Assembly (NCBI GenBank): GCA_020725175.1
Contig: DYFM01000010.1
Location: 1 to 54,832 of the forward strand
DNA length: 54,832 nt
Direction of reading: 5' to 3'
Source of the DNA: Candidatus Paceibacter sp.
GTDB lineage: Bacteria; Patescibacteriota; Patescibacteriia; Magasanikbacterales; UBA922
Below, piece by piece: positions 49,487 to 54,832 of this stretch. The notes beneath the pieces were generated by a model. The model did not search any database. It was not told where the DNA came from and saw nothing but the letters and a program-made list of their open reading frames with translations. Both the position numbers and the translations under genes were made by a program. Position 1 is the first letter of the stretch; each line of letters starts with the position of its first letter.

Positions 49487-51304
49487 ATGAAAAAACCTTG
49501 GTCAATAACAACAACTTTAAGAAATCCTGAAAGATTAAGGAGTTTTCTAATAGTTCTAAAACAATTAGAAGGAGAAAGCTGGAATTTGGAGAATCAAAGA
49601 AAATTCCAAGTCTTGCTTATAAAAGAAAGAGTTTACGGATACGGAAGTACACAATTTTATAATGGTTTAGCCAAAGAACAGATTGATTTGATTGACGATC
49701 AAACAAAAGAAATTTCTTTTGAGAAAGCGGAAGAAATTTTTAATGCAAAAAATTATGAAGATCCTGCAATGAGAGGAAGACAGTCTATAAATCCCCTTAA
49801 AAAAATCGGTCTTGTTGTTATCAAAAATGAAAAAATATTTATTACCAGTTTAGGAAAATTATTTTTGCAAGATGATTTTGATTTAGGAGAAATATTTTTT
49901 AGAAGTTTTATAAAATGGCAATTACCAAATCCTGATTCATCAGATTATAAACTTGAAGATGGCTACAATATAAAACCTTTTATTGGAGTTTTACACTTAA
50001 TAAATCAAGTAAATCAAAAATCTTTAGAAAATGGAGAAAAGGCAAAAGGAATTAGCAAACAAGAATTTTCTTTGTTTGCCCCAAGTCTTATAAATTTTCA
50101 AGATATTGAAAATTATGCAGATAAGATTTTACAATTAAGGGAACAACAAAAAGGAAAAAACAAGCAAGAACAAAAGCAAATTTTTGATAATTATAAAAAA
50201 GTTTTTGCTCAAGAATTTTTGGAAACAAGCAATCAAATAGAAATCAAAAAACTATTAAAAAACTTAAAAGATTATGGAGATAATGCCATAAGATATTTCC
50301 GCTTAACTCGTTTTCTTTTTATTCGTGGAGGTGGTTTTTATGTTGACTTAGAACCGAGAAGACAAGTAGAAATTGAGAATTTACTTGATTTTGATAATGC
50401 ATCATTTATAGAATTTGAAACAAAAGAACAATATTTAGATTATATTGCTGATATTTCAGAACCAAAATTACCTTGGGAATCAAAAGAAGAATACAAAAAA
50501 ATTCTTTCAAAACTTATTGAAGATATTAAAACATATGAAGAAAATTTGAATATTGAAGCAAAAGAAATTGTGAATTATCAAAATTTCAATGAAGAAGAAT
50601 TGAAAAAGTATATTTCAGATTTAAGACAATACAGAAGAGAACTACAAAATGAAGAAAATCATCAAAACTCACAAGAATTAGATCAAATAAATGATTATAT
50701 TGAAAAACTAGAGAATATTTTTGATTTTGATGATAGACCAATTTTACTAGAAAAGTTATCTACTCTAGGGCTTAATGCTTTAAATGATGCTTTAAAAATA
50801 AAACCAAATTATCCTGTTGGAGATGATAATGAACCAACTTTTACAGCTCCTGCAAATACTCCTGATATTGAATGTTATTATCATGGATTTAATGCTATTT
50901 GCGAAGTAACAATGTTAAAAAGTCGTGATCAATGGTACAATGAGGGGCAACCAGTAATGAGGCATTTAAGAGATTTTGAAAATCAAAATAACGATAAAAA
51001 ATCGTATTGTTTATTTATAGCTCCAACCATTCATAGAGATACACTCAATACTTTTTGGATGGCAGTAAAATATGAATATGAAGGACAAAAACAAAATATT
51101 ATTCCTTTAACCATCAATAATTTTACACAGCTTTTGAAAATTCTTGTTGAAATCAAAAAACAAGGAAAATTTTTGAAACACAGTGAAATTTCTCGTTTAT
51201 ATGACGAAATCGTAAATAATTCTCAGAATTTTACAGATTCAAACGAGTGGCTTAATGAAATTCCAAATACTATTGATTCTTGGCGAAAGAGTCTTGCTTT
51301 TTAA
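49487..51304 (+). CDS. AlwI-family type IIS restriction endonuclease
   Basis: KPWSITTTLRNPERL start, KWQLPNP, DYGD...RYFRLT, PD...ICEVT, EGQPVMRH; flanked by MTases. Confidence 0.85.
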   Translation: MKKPWSITTTLRNPERLRSFLIVLKQLEGESWNLENQRKFQVLLIKERVYGYGSTQFYNGLAKEQIDLIDDQTKEISFEKAEEIFNAKNYEDPAMRGRQSINPLKKIGLVVIKNEKIFITSLGKLFLQDDFDLGEIFFRSFIKWQLPNPDSSDYKLEDGYNIKPFIGVLHLINQVNQKSLENGEKAKGISKQEFSLFAPSLINFQDIENYADKILQLREQQKGKNKQEQKQIFDNYKKVFAQEFLETSNQIEIKKLLKNLKDYGDNAIRYFRLTRFLFIRGGGFYVDLEPRRQVEIENLLDFDNASFIEFETKEQYLDYIADISEPKLPWESKEEYKKILSKLIEDIKTYEENLNIEAKEIVNYQNFNEEELKKYISDLRQYRRELQNEENHQNSQELDQINDYIEKLENIFDFDDRPILLEKLSTLGLNALNDALKIKPNYPVGDDNEPTFTAPANTPDIECYYHGFNAICEVTMLKSRDQWYNEGQPVMRHLRDFENQNNDKKSYCLFIAPTIHRDTLNTFWMAVKYEYEGQKQNIIPLTINNFTQLLKILVEIKKQGKFLKHSEISRLYDEIVNNSQNFTDSNEWLNEIPNTIDSWRKSLAF

Positions 51305-51320
51305 TTCTCAATAAAAACCT

Positions 51321-52091
51321 ATGAAAAAAAATATTATCTACAACGGAGATTGTACCGAAATATTAACAAAGAAAATTGAAGAAAATTCAATTGATCTTGT
51401 TTTTGCTGACCCTCCTTACAACCTTTCTGGAAATGGTTTGCACTGGAAAGGAAATAAAACAGGCGGAGATTGGTTTATGGTAAATGAGGAATGGGACAAA
51501 ATGACAGCTCCTGAATATATGCAATTTACGAGAAAATGGATTGCAGGTTGTCATAAAGCACTAAAAAACAACGGAGCAATCTATATTGCTTGTAGCTATC
51601 ACAATATCGGAGAGGTTATGATTGTTTTGAAACAGTTAGATTATAAAATAAATAATATCATCACTTGGTACAAAACAAATGCTATGCCAAACATGACAAG
51701 AAGAGTTTTTACACATGCAACAGAATTTGTTATTTGGGCAGTAAAAGGCAGTGGTTGGACTTTTAATTATGAAAAAATCAAAGAAATAAATCCTGAAAAA
51801 CAAAAAGACGGAACAGATAAGCAAATGAGAGATTTTTGGGAAATGCCTTTAGTTCAAGGAAAAGAAAGATTAAGAGGAGAAGACGGGAAAGCACTACACC
51901 CAACACAAAAACCCGAAGAAATGCTGAAAAGAATTATTATAGCAAGTTCAAACGAAGGAGATGTTGTTTTAGACCCATTTATGGGAAGTGGAACAACAGC
52001 TTTTGTTGCTCAAAAATATGGTCGTAATTTTATCGGAATTGAGAGAGAGAAAAAATATGTTGAAGCGACTAAGAAAAGATTAGGTTTATAA
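51321..52091 (+). CDS. Beta-class N4/N6 DNA methyltransferase
   Basis: FADPPY before HPTQKP and VLDPFMGSGTT. Confidence 0.95.
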   Translation: MKKNIIYNGDCTEILTKKIEENSIDLVFADPPYNLSGNGLHWKGNKTGGDWFMVNEEWDKMTAPEYMQFTRKWIAGCHKALKNNGAIYIACSYHNIGEVMIVLKQLDYKINNIITWYKTNAMPNMTRRVFTHATEFVIWAVKGSGWTFNYEKIKEINPEKQKDGTDKQMRDFWEMPLVQGKERLRGEDGKALHPTQKPEEMLKRIIIASSNEGDVVLDPFMGSGTTAFVAQKYGRNFIGIEREKKYVEATKKRLGL

Positions 52092-52107
52092 AATTGCAAT
52101 TAAATAA

Positions 52108-54483
52108 ATGAAACTAAAAGCCATCAAAAAAATCAAAGATTACAAATCATTTCAAGATTTTTCTTGGGCTTCTTTTTTCAATTCTCAAGAATTTCACGAA
52201 ACAGCCAATATCTTTTATGGTGAAAACGGGGCAGGAAAAAGTTCACTTTGCAATATCCTAAAAAGTGTTTGTGAGAAAAAAACTTTTGCAATCAATCAAA
52301 TCCCTAATGAAATTTGCTTAAAGTTTGAAGATGGAGAATATAAGTTCCCAAACGGATCGAATATTTGGGATAAAAACAAAGACTCTGACGATTTTTTATT
52401 TTTTGATCATGAATTTGTGCATGACAATATTCACCTTGGAAATACTAGAGATACACAAGCAAATGGACAAGAACAAAAATCAGGGAAAATGATTATTGAA
52501 TTTGACGGTGAAGCAATAAAGCTCCGTGAAGCTCGCCAAAAAACGAAAAAAGCTAAAGAGGACAAAGATGAAGAAATAAAAAAATATAAAAACTATCACA
52601 AAGACACTTTGGATTTTTCACTTTCTGATGATGAAATCATCTTGTATGACACATATAAAGACAAAACGAAAGAAGAAATTACAGAACTAAAAAAAGAGCT
52701 TGCGAAAGAGAAAAAAGAAACAGAAAAGAAACTTGAAACCGACAAAGCAACAGCCAAACAAGTTAATGACATTCAGAACTCCATTTCCGAAATCAGTAAT
52801 GAAAACATAGAAATAGAACTAACAGAGCAATCTGCTTATCAAGATCTTTTCAATTTTGATCTAAAAGAACAAGTCCAGATACAAGCCGAGCAAGATTTAA
52901 TTACCAAAATCAGACAACATAAAGATTTTTTTCAAACTGGTATTGAAATAAGAGAGGAACACAAAAGCAAGTGTCCATTTTGCCAATCAGAAAATGAAGA
53001 AGAAAATATCGGAAAAATCATCAAGACCTATAATGATATTTTTGACGATACTTATAAAAAACAACTTCAAACATTTGGAACTAACAAAACAACACTGATT
53101 GAAGAATTGGAAGAAATTATCAATGCAGTTAAAAATTACGATCTCAGTTCGGTTTTTGTTGCTTTAAACGAACTTAATCAAAAATACAAAATCAAAAATA
53201 TTTATTCAGTCGAAGAACAAAAGAAATACACAAAACCGACAACAAGCAAAATTACAGATTTAAAGAAAAAAATCGAAAATTTAAAAAAGCCAAGCAATGA
53301 AGATATTGCAGAAATTTACAGCAAGGTAGAAAATGAATTTGATGCTTTAGAAACCTTTTTTAATGATATTTTCACATTTATTGATGAAAAAAATAAACTT
53401 ATCCGTAAATTTAAAACCGATAATACAGACGAGAAAATACAGCAAAGAATTACAGCCAACAGTCAAAAAATTAGTGAAAATGAATTAAAATTAGCTTTTT
53501 TCAACGAAAAGAAAATTGAGAAACAAAAGCAGAAAGAAGTCAAAGAAAAAGAGCTTGAGAGTATTCAAAAAGAATTTGATGAGTTGAAAACAAAACACGA
53601 TACAGCAAAAGAAGACTATGAAAAGTATTGTTCCGAAAAAGTATTTGAAAAAACCCTTAAAAAGATTGAAGAATATTTTGATAAATTCAAATTCAGCTTC
53701 AAATTGGAATTAAAAACAGAGAAAACAAGAAACAAAACAGAATTTCCTTTTGCTTTCAAGGTTTTAGATAACGAAGGAAACGAGAGAGATTTCAAAGAAG
53801 GTTTATCAGAAGGAGAGTTGCAAGTTTTATCATTGTGCTTTTTCTTCGCATTTCTCAATATGCAAACAAATCCTGAAAATAAAATTTTGGTATTAGATGA
53901 TCCGATAACAAGCCTTGATAACAATAATTTAAGCCATTTAGTTGATTTAATCACAGAAGAACACACAAAATTCTCTCAAACCTTTATTTTTAGTCATCAC
54001 AGAACATTTTTTAAGTTTCTGAGAAAGAGTTTTAAAACTGGAAAAGGTGATAACTTAGCTGATGAATACAATATTATTCGTAATAAGAAAGAATTAGGTG
54101 GAAGTTTTATTTGCAAAAGTTGTTCAACAAATTTCAAACAGAAGCTAAAAGATTTTGAGAAAAATATTTATAATAAAGCACAGCAGGGAATACCAATAAA
54201 TATTGAAATGAAAATTGTTGAATATGGGCAATATTTAAGATACGAAGTAGAGAAATTTATAAAAAACGATTTATTATTTTGGGAAGCTGATAGTCAATTT
54301 TCAAAAGCAATTAATGGGATAAAAAGTAGCAGAAATAGCATAACCGATGAAGATTTAGACAAAATCAATGAAATATATAAGTTTTGCAATTTGACAACTT
54401 CTCATGTAGATATTGGAGATGATCACGGACTAGGACAGCTAAAAGATAAAATCAGTGATTTTGTTCGGATAATTGGAGAATAA
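52108..54483 (+). CDS. RloC-like ABC/SMC ATPase (AAA_13) with zinc hook and putative HEPN tail
   Basis: YGENGAGKS, CPFC hook within coiled coil, LSEGE, VLDDPITSLD, SHH, C-terminal LRYEVE...NLTTSH. Confidence 0.8.
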   Translation: MKLKAIKKIKDYKSFQDFSWASFFNSQEFHETANIFYGENGAGKSSLCNILKSVCEKKTFAINQIPNEICLKFEDGEYKFPNGSNIWDKNKDSDDFLFFDHEFVHDNIHLGNTRDTQANGQEQKSGKMIIEFDGEAIKLREARQKTKKAKEDKDEEIKKYKNYHKDTLDFSLSDDEIILYDTYKDKTKEEITELKKELAKEKKETEKKLETDKATAKQVNDIQNSISEISNENIEIELTEQSAYQDLFNFDLKEQVQIQAEQDLITKIRQHKDFFQTGIEIREEHKSKCPFCQSENEEENIGKIIKTYNDIFDDTYKKQLQTFGTNKTTLIEELEEIINAVKNYDLSSVFVALNELNQKYKIKNIYSVEEQKKYTKPTTSKITDLKKKIENLKKPSNEDIAEIYSKVENEFDALETFFNDIFTFIDEKNKLIRKFKTDNTDEKIQQRITANSQKISENELKLAFFNEKKIEKQKQKEVKEKELESIQKEFDELKTKHDTAKEDYEKYCSEKVFEKTLKKIEEYFDKFKFSFKLELKTEKTRNKTEFPFAFKVLDNEGNERDFKEGLSEGELQVLSLCFFFAFLNMQTNPENKILVLDDPITSLDNNNLSHLVDLITEEHTKFSQTFIFSHHRTFFKFLRKSFKTGKGDNLADEYNIIRNKKELGGSFICKSCSTNFKQKLKDFEKNIYNKAQQGIPINIEMKIVEYGQYLRYEVEKFIKNDLLFWEADSQFSKAINGIKSSRNSITDEDLDKINEIYKFCNLTTSHVDIGDDHGLGQLKDKISDFVRIIGE

Positions 54484-54832
54484 ACCAAATAAAAGGCAAA
54501 AATTCATTCCCCTTAAACCCCTTTCTTTTTGCCTTTTATTTGCAGTAAGGTGTTTTAAAAAATGGAATTCACCCCTAACCCCTCTTCCATTTTTTAAAAC
54601 GGAAAAATCTTATTTTATAAACAATTAAATGAAAAAAGCAGAGTGAAAAAGAATAATAAGGAAAAAATGTACGCTTCGTCGCTCCGTTTCTCTCCGCTCC
54701 TTGCCCCGTTGCACTCTCGCCTTTTATTTTTCGATAAATTGAATAGAATAAGGATGAAAAATAAAAGACTCGGGTCATATAACTATCTATATCCCCGTCA
54801 AGAACATCTGTGGATAACAAAGAGGCCGTTTA

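Larger units (their letters stand above)
47300..54832. mobile_element. AT-rich defence island (boundaries approximate)
   Basis: Abrupt drop in GC; four co-directional defence genes; no integrase seen in the window. Confidence 0.6.

Noticed and set aside
54575-54820. 81-aa minus-strand ORF at the window end
   Set aside because: Low-complexity translation over palindromic island-end sequence; no support as a gene

Overview
Bacterial chromosomal window. The gene repertoire and intergenic style suggest a Patescibacteria/CPR organism (inference). Left end: a complete type V-A CRISPR-Cas locus on the minus strand (cas12a-cas4-cas1-cas2-leader-array; 9 repeats visible, cut by the window edge). cas12a is preceded by a strongly structured, apparently switchable 5' leader. 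Middle: housekeeping genes (TrmB-like regulator, ftsK, RodZ-like HTH, recA, SpoIID-like, flippase, O-antigen ligase, NUDIX, TrpR/YerC-like, S66 peptidase, thrS with a T-box, ldh, rplK/nusG/secE, gyrB, rodA, rplY, gatB, a dTTP-synthesis cluster, rplA with an L1-binding leader). Right end: an AT-rich defence island (RadC/JAB-methyltransferase fusion, AlwI-family endonuclease, second methyltransferase, RloC-like ATPase). Many intergenic gaps hold mirror-arranged short tandem repeats or small nested palindromes, and members of these families also sit in-frame inside the O-antigen ligase, in the T-box loop and in the rplA leader. All calls are from motif reading by eye; no searches were run.
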